DNA from: Nemertoderma westbladi
Lineage: Eukaryota > Animalia > Xenacoelomorpha
NCBI GenBank assembly: GCA_032718475.1
Contig: JAUCBJ010008795.1
Location: 62,001 to 126,000 of the forward strand
DNA: 64,000 bases
Direction: 5' to 3'
Part shown: in pieces, positions 29,701 through 42,178 of the stretch
Layout: each line of letters opens with the position of its first letter
Numbering within the stretch: the stretch's first letter is position 1
The notes under the pieces: generated by a model
The model's input: only the letters and a program-made list of their open reading frames with translations
Databases searched by the model: none
Told to the model about the DNA's origin: nothing
Translations under genes and position numbers: made by a program

Positions 29701-30074
29701 GTGATAAAGTTGGATATGCGATCAGATTCGAGGATGTTACATCGAAGAACACGGTGATCAAATACATGACGGACGGTATATTGTTACGAGAACTCTTAAC
29801 CGACAGCGAGATTGACGGTTACAGCGTTATCATTATGGACGAAGCCCATGAACGGAGTCTCAACACCGACGTGTTGTTCGGTCTATTTCGCGAGGTTCTG
29901 GGTCGCAGACAGGATCTCAAACTCATTGTGACCTCGGCCACTCTCGACGCCGGAAAGTTCGCCACATTCTTCGGGAACGTTCCTACCTTCCATATCCCTG
30001 GTAGAACCTTCCCAGTCGAAATATTCCATTCGAAGAACCCGTGCGAGGATTATGTTGATGCTGCTGTTAAACAG
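29701..30074 (+). CDS. DHX38: DHX38/PRP16 exon containing the DEAH and SAT motifs
   Basis: Acceptor ctatcccag|GT completes Gly; [38 protein letters not shown]; donor CAG|GTAGGA. Confidence 0.95.
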
Positions 30075-30398
30075 GTAGGATATTCCGTTAACTATCGTCT
30101 TGAACCAGAAATCAATGGAGATTAAATTGTACGACCCCATAAATGTGGAAAGTGAACTGCAAATGGAAAGGAATTTCAGATAAGTTCCAACCTTGATCTC
30201 CTGTCATTCAAGGGAACGACGGTTACTGATCTTAGGATTGGGTACTTGGGTAGGTTACTATTGGTGATAAAACCCTATCAAAATATTGACTTCAATGTAT
30301 TATCATGTTGTGCTTTTTCATCAACTGATTAGTCCAGTGTATGTTGTGCTACACATTGTTCGTTATTGGATTGGACAGCTAATAATTTCTGACATTGA

Positions 30399-30882
30399 TA
30401 GGTGTTGGACAGACCCATTAACATAGACACAGGTGGTGGACGCCACTGGACGGACCCATTAACATAGACACAGGTGGTAGACGCCACTGGACGGACCCAT
30501 TACCATAGACACAGGTGGTGGACGACACTGGACGGACCCATTAACATAGACACAGGTGGTGGACGCCACTGGACGGACCCATTAACATAGACACAGGTGG
30601 TGGACGCCACTGGACGGACCCATTCACATAGACACAGGTGGTAGACGCCACTGGACGGACCCATTAACATATACACAGGTGGTGGACGCCACTGGGCGGA
30701 CCCATTAACATAGACACAGGTGGTGGACGCCACTGGACGGACCCATTAACATAGACACAGGTGGTGGACGACACTGGACGGACCCATTAACATAGACACA
30801 GGTGGTGGACGACACTCGACAGACCCATTAACATAGACACAGGCGGTAGACGCCACTGGACGGACCCATTAACATAGACAGA
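30399..30882 (+). repeat. 41-bp intronic minisatellite (~11-12 copies)
   Basis: Unit ACATAGACACAGGTGGTGGACGCCACTGGACGGACCCATTA inside intron 30075-30915. Confidence 0.95.
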
Positions 30883-30915
30883 CGTTATTTATAAATTATT
30901 ATTATTTTCTAACAG

Positions 30916-32409
30916 ATTATCCAGATCCATTTGAGCGGTATATCGGGCGACCTTCTGGTATTTATGCCGGGCCAAGAGGATATCGAGGTCACCTGTAGCG
31001 AAGTTAAGGACCGTCTAGACAACCTGGAGGTGGAGTCCCAGCTAGCGGTCCTCCCCATCTATTCTCAGTTACCTTCCGACCTCCAAGCTAAGATCTTCGA
31101 GAAAGCGCCCGAAGGAGTTCGTAAATGTATCGTGGCTACCAATATCGCGGAGACCTCGCTCACCGTGGACGGAATAGCCTGCGTGGTGGATCCCGGCTAC
31201 TGCAAACTCAAGGTCTACAACCCGCGGGTGGGGATGGACGCGTTGCAGGTCTACCCCTTGAGTCAGGCCAACGCAACCCAGCGCGCCGGCCGCTCGGGGC
31301 GCACCGGCCCCGGAATCTGCTACCGCTTGTACACCGAACGGGCCTACAACGACGAGTTGCTGGTCTCCACGACGCCGGAGATACAGAGAACCAACCTTGG
31401 GAACGTGGTCCTCCTCCTTAAATCCCTCGGGGTCGACGACCTTCTCAAGTTTCACTTTATGGATCCTCCGCCCCAGGATAACATCGTGAACTCCATGTAC
31501 AACCTGTGGGTGTTGGGGGCCCTCGACAACACGGGTCAGCTTACCAACCTCGGTAGAAGCATGGTTGAATTCCCGCTGGATCCCACCATGGGGAAGATGT
31601 TAGTGGTTGCTTCGGAGACCGGATGCTCGGCCGAGGTGCTCATTATAGTGAGCATGCTCAGCATACCAGCGATATTCTTCCGACCTAAAGGACGCGAAGA
31701 GGAATCGGATTTGGCGCGAGATAAATTCCAGGTTGCAGAAAGCGACCATCTCTCTTTACTCAACATATACAATCTCTGGAAGGAGAATAATTACTCGTCG
31801 GTTTGGTGCAACGAACACTTCATTCACTCTAAAGCGCTGCGTAAAGTCCGAGAAGTCAGACAACAACTCAAAGATATAATGGAGCAACAGAAGATGCGTG
31901 TTACCTCTTGTGGGACGGATTGGGATCGAGTTAGGAAGTGTATTTGTTCGGCTTACTTCCACCAGGCGGCCAAACTGAAAGGAATAGGTGAGTACGCGAA
32001 CTGCCGGACTGGGTTGCCGTGCCATCTGCACCCGACGAGCGCGTTGTACGGGATGGGTTACACCTCGGACTATATCGTCTACCACGAGCTGGTGATGACG
32101 ACCAAGGAGTGGATGCAGTGCGTGACCGCGGTTGAGGGCGAGTGGTTGGCCGAGTTGGGTCCCATGTTCTTCTCGGTGAAGGAGTCCGGTAAGACGCGAG
32201 CGGACAACCGCCGGATCGCCAAGGAGCACCAGTTGAGCATGGACGAGGAGATGGAGGTTGCCGCGGAGGAGATGCGAGCTCGCACGGAGGAGCGAGAGAG
32301 GAGTCAGCGGTACACCCCGCGGGGGAGGAGTGTCATAGCGACACCCGGGAGACAAAAACTCGCGACTCAGTCGCCCAGAAGGACTACAACATCCAGATTC
32401 GGATTGTAG
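30916..32409 (+). CDS. DHX38: DHX38/PRP16 terminal coding exon (RecA2, HA2, OB-fold, C-tail)
   Basis: Acceptor ctaacag|ATT in frame with ORF 30931; [39 protein letters not shown]; ends RFGL-stop. Confidence 0.96.
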   Translation: MIQIHLSGISGDLLVFMPGQEDIEVTCSEVKDRLDNLEVESQLAVLPIYSQLPSDLQAKIFEKAPEGVRKCIVATNIAETSLTVDGIACVVDPGYCKLKVYNPRVGMDALQVYPLSQANATQRAGRSGRTGPGICYRLYTERAYNDELLVSTTPEIQRTNLGNVVLLLKSLGVDDLLKFHFMDPPPQDNIVNSMYNLWVLGALDNTGQLTNLGRSMVEFPLDPTMGKMLVVASETGCSAEVLIIVSMLSIPAIFFRPKGREEESDLARDKFQVAESDHLSLLNIYNLWKENNYSSVWCNEHFIHSKALRKVREVRQQLKDIMEQQKMRVTSCGTDWDRVRKCICSAYFHQAAKLKGIGEYANCRTGLPCHLHPTSALYGMGYTSDYIVYHELVMTTKEWMQCVTAVEGEWLAELGPMFFSVKESGKTRADNRRIAKEHQLSMDEEMEVAAEEMRARTEERERSQRYTPRGRSVIATPGRQKLATQSPRRTTTSRFGL

Positions 32410-32857
32410 CATTTTATTTTATTTTGTCGCAGTTTTTCCTCACTCCTACCACAGTGTTTACTACGGAGCCCCTAGAGTGACATTAGTGTAAATATTTTAT
32501 TTATTGCTGAGGCATTCAAGTAAATATCATTTCGTATTGTTTACCTAGACCACCTAACGGAATGCTGATGCAGTATAATAATATATTATCCTGCCAAGGA
32601 ATTCACGCAAAAATCGATAATAATACAAAAAAGTCGAGCGAATTTGATTTAAACAGCACTCAGTGTGTGAGAGAGTAGCGACATGGTAGTAGGGGCCGTC
32701 GATTGGTAGTTATCGGTATACAGTTCACTATTGTCGCTTATCTCGCTATTTCATCACAAATAGTAAGCCCCCCCCCCCCCCCCCCCCGTAAGTTACTTTA
32801 AACTAAACTGCCCAAATTGTGCGCGGATAGAAATACAACTTTTTTTTTATTATGGCC

Positions 32858-35800
32858 GTAGGTGAGCTTAGGTTACGGGTATCTCTGAGGGGCGAGCCTC
32901 GAGCTTAGGTTACGGGTATCTCTGTGGGGCGAGCCACGAAGTAGGTGAGCTTAGGTTGTGGCTATCTCTGCGGGGCGAGGCACGAAGTAGACGAGCTTAG
33001 GTTACGGGTATCTCTGAGGGGCGAGCCACGAAGTAGACGAGCTTAGGTTACGGGTATCCCTGAGGGGCGAGCCACGAAGTAGGCGAGCTTAGGTTACGGG
33101 TATCTCTGTGGGGCGAGCCACGAAGTAGGCGAGATTAGGTTACGGGTATCTCTGAGGGGCGAGCCACGAAGTAGGCGAGCTTAGGTTACGGGTATCTCTG
33201 AGGGGCGAGCCACGAAGTAGGCGAGATTAGGTTACGGGTATCTCTGAGGGGCGAGCCACGAAATAGGCGAGCTTAGGTTACGGGTATCTCTGTGGGGCGA
33301 GCCACGAAGTAGGCGAGCTTAGGTTACGGGTATCTCTGAGGGGCGAGCCACGAAGTAGGCGAGCTTAGGTTACGGGTATCTCTGTGGGGCGAGGCACGAA
33401 GTAGGCGAGCTTAGGTTACGGGTATCTCTGTGGGGCGAGGCACGAAGTAGGCGAGCTTAGGTTGCGGGTATCTCTGTGGGGCGAGGCACGAAGTAGGCGA
33501 GCTTAGGTTACGGGTATCTCTGAGGACTGAGCCACGAAGTAGGCGAGCTTAGGTTGTGGGTATCTCTGTGGGGCGAGGCACGAAGTAGGCGAGCTTAGGT
33601 TCTTGGTATCTCTGTGGGGCGAGCCACGAAGTAGACGAGCTTAGGTTACGGGTATCTCTGTGGGGCGAGCCACGAAGTAGACGAGCTTAGGTTACGGGTA
33701 TCTCTGAGGGGCGAGCCTCGAGCTTAGGTTACGGGTATCTCTGAGGGGCGAGCCACGAAGTAGGCGAGCTTAGGTTACGGGTATCTCTGTGGGGCGAGGC
33801 ACGAAGTAGGCGAGCTTAGGTTACGGGTATCTCTGAGGGGCGAGCCACGAAGTAGGTGAGCTTAGGTTGTGGGTATCTCTGAGGGGCGAGCCACGAAGTA
33901 GGCGAGCTTAGGTCACGGGTATCTCTGAGGGGCGAGCCACGAAGTAGGCGAGCTTAGGTTACGGGTATCTCTGAGGGGCGAGCCACGAAGTAGGCGAGCT
34001 TAGGTTACGGGTATCTCTGAGGGGCGAGCCACGAAGTAGACGAGCTTAGGTTACGGGTATCTCTGTGGGGCGAGCCCCGAAGTAGACGATCTTAGGTTAC
34101 GGGTATCTCTGTGGGGCGAGCCACGAAGTAGGTGAGCTTAGGTTACGGGTATCTCTGAGGGGCGAGCCACGAAGTAGGCGAGCTTAGGTTACGGGTATCT
34201 CTGTGGGGCGAGGCATGAAGTAGGCGAGCTTAGGTTACGGGTATCTCTGAGGGGCGAGGCACGAAGTAGGCGAGCTTAGGTTACGGGTATCTCTGTGGGG
34301 CGAGCCACGAAGTAGGTGAGCTTAGGTTACGGGTATCTCTGAGGGGCGAGCCACGAAGTAGGCGAGCTTAGGTTACGGGTATCTCTGAGGGGCGAGGCAC
34401 GAAGTAGGCGAGCTTAGGTTACGGGTATCTCTGTGGGGCGAGGCACGAAGTAGGTGAGCTTAGGTTACGGGTATCTCTGTGGGGCGAGCCACGAAGTAGG
34501 TGAGCTTAGGTTACGGGTATCTCTGAGGGGCGAGCCACGAAGTAGGCGAGCTTAGGTTACGGGTATCTCTGAGGGGCGAGGCACGAAGTAGGCGAGCTTA
34601 GGTTACGGGTATCTCTGTGGGGCGAGGCACGAAGTAGGTGAGCTTAGGTTACGGGTATCTCTGAGGGGCGAGCCACGAAGTAGGCGAGCTTAGGTTGCGG
34701 GTATCTCTGTGGGGCGAGCCACGAAGTAGACGAGCTTAGGTTACGGGTATCTCTGAGGGGCGAGGCCCGAAGTAGGCGAGCTTAGGTTACGGGTATCACT
34801 GTGGGGCGAGGCACGAAGTAGGTGAGCTTAGGTTACGGGTATCTCTGAGGGGCGAGCCACGAAGTAGGCGAGCTTAGGTTACGGGTATCTCTGAGGGGCG
34901 AGCCACGAAGTAGGCGAGCTTAGGTTACGGGTATCTCTGTGGGGCGAGGCCCGAAGTAGGCGAGCTTAGGTTACGGGTATCACTGTGGGGCGAGGCACGA
35001 AGTAGGTGAGCTTAGGTTACGGGTATCTCTGAGGGGCGAGCCACGAAGTAGGCGAGCTTAGGTTACGGGTATCTCTGAGGGGCGAGCCACGAAGTAGGCG
35101 AGCTTAGGTTACGGGTATCTCTGTGGGGCGAGGCACGAAGTAGGTGAGCTTAGGTTACGGGTATCTCTGTGGGGCGAGGCACGAAGTAGGCGAGCTTAGG
35201 TTACGGGTATCTCTGTGGGGCGAGCCACGAAGTAGGCGAGCTTAGGTTACGGGTATCTCTGAGGGGCGATGCACGAAGTAGGCGAGCTTAGGTTACGGGT
35301 ATCTCTGTGGGGCGAGGCACGAAGTAGGTGAGCTTAGGTTACGGGTATCTCTGAGGGGCGAGGCACGAAGTAGGCGAGCTTAGGTTACGGGTATCTCTGT
35401 GGGGCGAGCCTCGAGCTTAGGTTACGGGTATCTCTGTGGGGCGAGGCACGAAGTAGGCGAGCTTAGGTTACGGGTATCTCTGAGGGGCGATGCACGAAGT
35501 AGGCGAGCTTAGGTTACGGGTATCTCTGTGGGGCGAGGCACGAAGTAGGTGAGCTTAGGTTACGGGTATCTCTGAGGGGCGAGGCACGAAGTAGGCGAGC
35601 TTAGGTTACGGGTATCTCTGTGGGGCGAGGCACGAAGTAGGCGAGCTTAGGTTACGGGTATCTCTGAGGGGCGAGCCACGAAGTAGGCGAGCTTAGGTTA
35701 CGGGTATCTCTGAGGGGCGAGCCACGAAGTAGGCGAGCTTAGGTTACGGGTATCTCTGAGGGGCGAGCCACGAAGTAGGCGAGCTTAGGTTACGGGTATC

Positions 35801-35869
35801 TCTGAGGGGCGAGCCACGAAGTAGGCGAGCTTAGGTTACGGGTATCTCTGAGGGGCGAGCCACGAAGTA
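32858..35869. repeat. 46-bp GC-rich minisatellite (~65 copies) between the convergent DHX38 and SAMHD1-like genes
   Basis: Unit GAGCTTAGGTTACGGGTATCTCTG(A/T)GGGGCGAG(C/G)CACGAAGTAGGC. Confidence 0.97.
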
Positions 35870-36559
35870 TCTTAGGGGTGTATCTTGAAATATTATTTCT
35901 TTTATTTTCCTTTTTTTTTCACCAAAATCTTAATTTCGTTTCGTAATATCCGAAATATTTGGGTTTATTCTTGTTTGATCCGCTGTAATCCATTTTAAAT
36001 TACATTAAATTAATACAACTTATTCTAATTTCGTCTGAGACACTTTTACAAAATGTCCGGTACTATATTACTGCATAATTTGTACTAATCTGGGTCGCAC
36101 CAGTTAGTGGCCTGTTAACAATGGGATACTTTCAGTTTCAGGTCATATAACATTCACTCGTACCCGTAACGTTTGGAATTACGAAGTGATTCACAGTTAT
36201 CCTGACTTGACTACCGGGCCCAGGGAAATCCATTAATAATTGCGATACAATTTAATAATTCAGATAAAGAATTTACATTTACAAGTATTTACAATTAATG
36301 TGTAACTATTAATTAAGAAGCAACCTGTGTAACATAAACAATGACATTATAGATAAACTGCACGTTATGTACAACATATTAAAAAAAACATTATTAATAT
36401 CAAAGTGTAAAATATGTAAAATATTGGATCTGCAAGGTTCGTATTTTATAAACAAACTTTATACACAATTTATAATGAGTTATAAAATAAAATATTTAAG
36501 TAGATAGACAGTGATTAAAGAAAACATGGATTAATAAAGTTAAAACATAATACATCTGG

Positions 36560-37006
36560 CTAACCAACCAATGAAAACCTACCAATATCTAACCAACCAA
36601 TGAAAACCTACCAATATCTAACCAACCAATGAAAACCTACCAATAATACAGCACCTATCTCACCATAGGTGAGAATTAAAATGTTACTAAATAGCCGACC
36701 AATGAAAATCTACCAATATCTATCCAACCAATGAAAACCTACCAATGAAAACCTACCAATATCTAACCAACCAATGAAAACCTACCAATATCTAACCAAC
36801 CAATGAAAACCTACCAATATCTAACCAACCAATGAAAACCTACCAATATCTAACCAACCAATGAAAACCTACCAATATCTAACCAACCAATGAAAACCTA
36901 CCAATATCTAACCAACCAATGAAAACCTACCAATATCTAACCAACCAATGAAAACCTACCAATATCTAACCAACCAATGAAAACCTACCAATATCTAACC
37001 AACCAC
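36560..37006. repeat. 29-bp minisatellite (interrupted near 36646-36695), just downstream of the SAMHD1-like stop codon
   Basis: Unit CTAACCAACCAATGAAAACCTACCAATAT. Confidence 0.93.
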
Positions 37007-37079
37007 CATCAATCACCAGATCTAACCACGGAATTATCAACTGATACCAGTTAGCGGTTATACTGGGGTTAGAATCTCT

Positions 37080-38591
37080 CTATAAACATCCATTAAGGTT
37101 TCGTATGACCTCAGTGTTCCCCACGTCTCTACTTTTGTCACTCCGTTTGGTCGGAGACAAGTTATTGCTGACACACCATGAGTGGAATGCGGCCTCGGCG
37201 AGGGTTGGGGGCTTATCGCGAGGCTTCCAGTAGACGCAGAGATACCGGTCCTGGAACTGCTTGGGAAACATGTTGGACAGGAAGTCCTTGTTCAAGGAGC
37301 AGACACTCCGGGTCCCTTTGGTGTAGAACAGGAGGTCTTCCACCGGGTCCAACCCCCGTTTACCGAAGTCCAGACTGTAAACCCGGATCACCAAGTCGTC
37401 CGGACGTCCGCCACCCGGCGTCAACTCGGACAGACGCCGTCCCACTTCCGTCTCGCTTACTTCGTACTCGGGAGGGAGCGAGGTCTCCCCGACGCAGTAG
37501 TATATCCGTCGGCATTGGATGTCGTTTAGCAACCGCCGAGCGGGACCCAGTCTGGGGTCCAACGAGGTCCCCACCAGGTAGACCAGCTGGTCGTTGAGAA
37601 GTCCGTACAGATCCATCCGGTCGGACGCAACGATCTCGGACATAGTGAGCTGGTCGGGGCCGAACCGGAGGTATGGTTCCGCGAGTAGCAGAACCTCCTG
37701 TAGCATAATCTCTACGGCGCGGGTCACTCTGTGCTGGTAGGCGCGTCGGAATAGATCGCAACGGGTCTGGAACATTGAGTAGATATTAAACCATTCCTTG
37801 TCTCGGTAAACAAGGATCCGACGATTGGTACCGGTACTGGTGGCCGTAGCGGTATCGGTACCGGTACTGGTGGCCGTAGCGGTATCGGTACCGGCACAAC
37901 TTCCTACGGAATCAGTCACCACAGCCACCCGGGTAAACTTTATCAATCTGTTGTGGTCGAACGAGTTGTGGATGCCGAGGGCGTGACAATCTCTCGCGAA
38001 GTAATCGAACTTATCTACATCGATCCCGGTCTCCTGATTGGCTACTATCTGGTAGAGGAAGTACTTTTCCGGCCCTCTCATTGGCTCCCCCAAGTATTCA
38101 CTCCCGACTATGCATTGTTTCACGAATAAGAAGTCCGATTCCGCCATTCCGAACTCCTCCATAATCGGCCACAAATTGTGTTTGTCGACCATGAAATCCA
38201 GAAGTTTAGCGGAGTAAACTTCGTGACACCAGTTCACTTCCGGTAGGACGGTTTTAACGAAAGTATCGAAGGCGTGGCTGAAGGGTCCGTGGCCCAGATC
38301 GTGGGTCAAACCAGCGAGTTGGACGCAGAGGGAATCCAACTCTGAGATCGCCAGTTCGGGTTGAACTCTTCGCAACTCGTCTACGGCTAGTTTAGCGAGG
38401 TGCGCCGTCCCGATTCCGTGTTCGAAGCGGTTATGGGAAGCTCCGGGGAACACGTGGTAGACGGCGCCGAGCTGCTTGATGTAGCGGAGCCGTTGGTATT
38501 CGGGTGTGTCGATGAATGCGACCAGGATCGGATGGAGTTCGATGTGACCGTGGACCGGATCGTTAAATACTTTGGAGTTCGACAAACTCAT
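37080..38591 (-). CDS. SAMHD1: SAMHD1-like HD-domain dNTP triphosphohydrolase, no SAM domain, intronless CDS (503 aa)
   Basis: KVFNDPVHGHI, YQRLRYIKQLG, HNRFEHGIG, HDLGHGPFSH, HE, DVDKFDY, AYQHR motifs. Confidence 0.92.
   Translation of the reverse strand: MSLSNSKVFNDPVHGHIELHPILVAFIDTPEYQRLRYIKQLGAVYHVFPGASHNRFEHGIGTAHLAKLAVDELRRVQPELAISELDSLCVQLAGLTHDLGHGPFSHAFDTFVKTVLPEVNWCHEVYSAKLLDFMVDKHNLWPIMEEFGMAESDFLFVKQCIVGSEYLGEPMRGPEKYFLYQIVANQETGIDVDKFDYFARDCHALGIHNSFDHNRLIKFTRVAVVTDSVGSCAGTDTATATSTGTDTATATSTGTNRRILVYRDKEWFNIYSMFQTRCDLFRRAYQHRVTRAVEIMLQEVLLLAEPYLRFGPDQLTMSEIVASDRMDLYGLLNDQLVYLVGTSLDPRLGPARRLLNDIQCRRIYYCVGETSLPPEYEVSETEVGRRLSELTPGGGRPDDLVIRVYSLDFGKRGLDPVEDLLFYTKGTRSVCSLNKDFLSNMFPKQFQDRYLCVYWKPRDKPPTLAEAAFHSWCVSNNLSPTKRSDKSRDVGNTEVIRNLNGCL
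37827..37894 (-). repeat. In-frame 30-bp tandem repeat encoding (GTDTATATST)x2 inside the SAMHD1-like gene
   Basis: GGTACCGGTACTGGTGGCCGTAGCGGTATC at 37827 and 37857, partial at 37887. Confidence 0.9.
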
Positions 38592-40077
38592 ATTGCTGTA
38601 TTGAGTTCCTTCCTTATTCAGTTATTTACAATTAACTGAGTAGAGTTATGGTGATTTGATTATGGTAGGCCTACCGCTATCTGGCTATGGTCTGATGGTA
38701 GATTAATGATAAGGCGATGGTAAGGTGTAAGGAACGGTACCGGTATAGGATAACTGGATACTGCACTCACTTACAGATTACAGGATTATGCCTACTGGCC
38801 TCTGTTGATCTGCCTATCCGCCTATTAATTAATATACGGTACCAGTATACTGATAGTGATATACCTGACATTTGCTTGCTATCAGAATGACAGACATCAG
38901 ACAAAGAAACTGAAAAACTCAAAATGAAAGCATATAATATAGACCTAGACCTATCTGCACCTATCTATAATCAATAATAATATAAAAATCAATAATTTTA
39001 ATTTCCAAGTGTTTCACCCACCACCAGATACATTTCTTGCACTACAATAATAATATTATAATTATAGACGTGGCCAGTGTGTGTGATGGATGATACAACG
39101 AGGAAATGGAGGCAACACAGAAGCCAGAGCTAGAAGGTTGTTGCCTCTAGGGCGTTACGTGTTAGTAGTGATGGTGTCGTCGCGTTTCGGCAACTGTCGC
39201 GATTCGGCAACAGTCGCGTTTCGGCAAAAAAAGTTGCGTTTCGGCAAAAAGATGCGTTTCGGCAAAAAAAAGTCGCGTTTCGGCAAAAAGGTGCGATTCG
39301 GCAAAAAAGTTGCGTTTCGGCAAAAAGTTGCGTTTCGGCAACAGTCGCGATTCGGCAAAAAAAGTTGCGTTTCGGCAAAAGGTTGCGTTTCGGCAAAATT
39401 ATTTCTTTATTGCAGGAGAATACACTATACTATCAACAATACAAGTAAAAGTGAAAAATGAAACAAGCAGGATTATAAATATACAACAATATAGCACTTT
39501 CGTTCGTTAGTTGCAATGCTAATAAAAGTTGAACTTCCCTGCCCTGGAATAGTGTTGTAAAGGATACTCTATGGGGCGCCGTTTGGGCCAAAAATAAAAA
39601 AAACATATTATATTAAAAAGTTGTAATGGTAAGTTTTTTGATCTTGCCGTTTGGGCCAAAAGTTGTAATGGTATGTTTTTTATCTTGCCGTTTGGGCCAG
39701 AAATAGCTGAGAGGGAAATTTGAATTATCACTTTCTATATACGAGAAAGGCATTTCCTAAAGGAAATGCAACCACGAAGCTAAGGAAAATTAAACAAACG
39801 GCCACACTTTGGTTCGTTGCTTAGCCTCGTTTAGTAGCAATTGTCAATAATTAACTTCTATTCCCATGGAAACTAGAGTTCTCTGGAACTGTTGCTTTAA
39901 CCTTTGAAAAAAAATTCAGTACAGATTGTGGTTCAGATAACACATATACTGAGTTTCAGAAAATATTGTAGTTTATGTCCAGATTACCGATTTTCTATCA
40001 AATTGCATCTGTTTGCAGTGGTTGTAATGCACTAAAATTAAACTGCAAAGCACAATTGAACATAATAAATCAAAACC

Positions 40078-41251
40078 TGTAAAAGCTTTTGCGGAATTAA
40101 CCGGTTATTTTCCCCGTAAAGTACTCTGTAGTTGGTTTAACAGGCATAAAAGGCCGTATCCTTACTGTACTGGTGTTTTAGGGGACATAAAAAGCTATTT
40201 CTTCTGTATGTGTACTTTAGCGGACATAATTAGCAATTCTGTGACGCAATGCGCTAGATCCTCTTGAAACAGTGTACATGTGAGCTATCATCTGAGTACA
40301 TCTGAGCTGTACATGTGTAGCTTTTCCCTTGTTCTCTGATGTTTCTTTGTTCGGTCAACCAATCAGAGCGATTCTCCTGCTTTTTGTACAGAAACCTCCG
40401 AGAAATCGCGCAATGCATTATGGGTCAATGTTTACATTTTGTCCTGAGCCCAGAAGACCGGCTTTTGGAATCTCTGTGTTTTCAGTCTTTAGCCCAACAT
40501 TAGTAGGCTTAATTATAGAACGTATATCTGATACAAACTTAACCAATTCTCACATATCATATCAATTTATACCTTAACATTTGTACTGCTATTTACTGCC
40601 GGTTATTCATTATATCTGTTGATGGAATATTATTATATTTGGAATACCGATAAATAATTACAAACCCTCGATCTTCTTGATATACTGAAGGTTAGAGAGA
40701 CCGGTTACATATAACGATTGCGACTTACATTAAAGTGGTTTTGAAGTGAATCTAATGCTATTTCATAGGCACTACATGTATTGGTTGTTGTTCTCTTTAT
40801 ATGTGACTAAAATTAGTGAAGGTCGGCAGATCAGTGTGCAGCATTGTGCAGTATTGTGTATGATTGTGACTGATAACAAAGCATCTCCTAAAGAATGCGC
40901 CATATACGTGAATCTATAGCCATCCCGTTGTGTCTAGTTTAAGTCATAACTCTGTTTACATATTTAGAGCGTCACGTCCTAAAGGAACTGTTAATATTTC
41001 CCGAAAGTGAATAATATTTGTCAGAGATTATATATTACGATCAGTCGAATAATACAGTAGGCCTACACCGCAATACGGTTAGGCTTCCGAATCCAGTCTC
41101 CCGGGTATATCCAGCGGGTGAATGATCGCGCATAGACTGGCTTCGGCTAATGTAGTGTATCAAATACTTGTCATAGGCTAAAGACGATCTATTATCTAGA
41201 AGACATCCCAATTTGGCAGGTTAAACTGCTAAAGGTCTAAAAGCGCGAACA
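40078..41251 (+). repeat. LTR copy 1 (duplicated 5' LTR)
   Basis: TGTAAAAGC...GCGAACA shared with 46997-48168 and 61775-62961. Confidence 0.85.
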
Positions 41252-41597
41252 ATAACAGATATAAAGTTCTGATTGCAGTGTAGGCAATAAATACAGATTA
41301 ATATTGTTCTGGTAAGAACAATAACAGATATAGCTTCTGTATTGCAGTAGGCAATAACGCTGAAGTACCGGACAACCGGTACCTAGTAGGCCTGACTACC
41401 TAACCACCCGGACCGGTACCTACAGCAGTACAGGTACAGTAGTATTATTCGATTGTGATATTGTATACCGGTAGGCTGTTTAAGAGATTAGGGACTGTAC
41501 ACCCCTTGTTTCTTTTGGAGCTTACTTATTTCTGTCAGTTTTATTTATTTGTAGGCCAATATTGAGCAGAAGGCGTGTAAGCCTGCTCAGATTGTAC

Positions 41598-42178
41598 AGA
41601 TAATTTGTAGGCTGGACTGTTGTCTGACTGTTGTTAAGTCTGAGGGGACTGTAGTGTGTGTAGAGCGTATGTCCGAAAAAGTACTAGTTAGGAAAGTAGG
41701 GGCTGCCAGTGCTGTGAGGTGAACCCCCTCGAAAGAATAAGTCGTACTACTCGTTTAGAACGCATACTAACAAACCATTTGTTAGTATGCATATACTGTA
41801 GTTTGTTTAGGCTTGATAGTAGTCTGCCAGCGTTTGGTCTGTACTTTGTTTGTGTAGTCTGTACGGGTAGCGTAATATTTCTTATTTAGATAATTTGTAG
41901 GCTGGATTTTGCCTGGCTGTTGTTAGGTCTGAAGAAATTTCGGTGTGTGTAGAGTGTATGTCCGATAAAGTGCCAGTTGGGAACGTAGGGGCTTCCAGAG
42001 CTGTGAGGTAAACCCCCTCGAAAGAATAAGTCGTACTACTCGGTTAGAACGCATACTAACTAACCATTTCGGAGTCTGCATATACCGTAGTTTGTTTAGG
42101 CTTGATAGTAGTCTGTCAGTATTTGGTCTGCATTTTGTTTGAGTAGTCTGTACGCGTAGCGTAATATTTATTATTCAG
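41598..42178 (+). repeat. Two diverged 290-bp tandem units in the retroelement leader (also at 48282-48862)
   Basis: AGATAATTTGTAGGCTGGA recurs 290 bp apart with colinear similarity. Confidence 0.85.

Noticed and set aside
30421-30461. 41-mer derived from the exon end (GTG GAC GCC = VDA, as in VDAAVKQ)
   Set aside because: Nucleotide match to the actual exon (GTT GAT GCT) is poor and the array starts ~325 bp from the donor
32462-32790. Possible second IS3EU-like left end TACGGAGCCCCTAGAGTGACAT
   Set aside because: No matching inverted right end or exact 6-bp TSD found
39090-39510. ORFs with RFGKK / CRNATF repeats
   Set aside because: Translations of the foldback arm tandem repeats
40329-40577. 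82-aa ORF repeated in the LTR copies
   Set aside because: Non-ATG start, shortened in LTR3, no recognisable domain
41339-41572. 233-bp segment missing from the second copy interpreted as a spliced-out intron
   Set aside because: Junction CTTCTGGCGT is one base off a GT-AG excision; better explained as a deletion between short inverted repeats CTTCTG/CAGAAG
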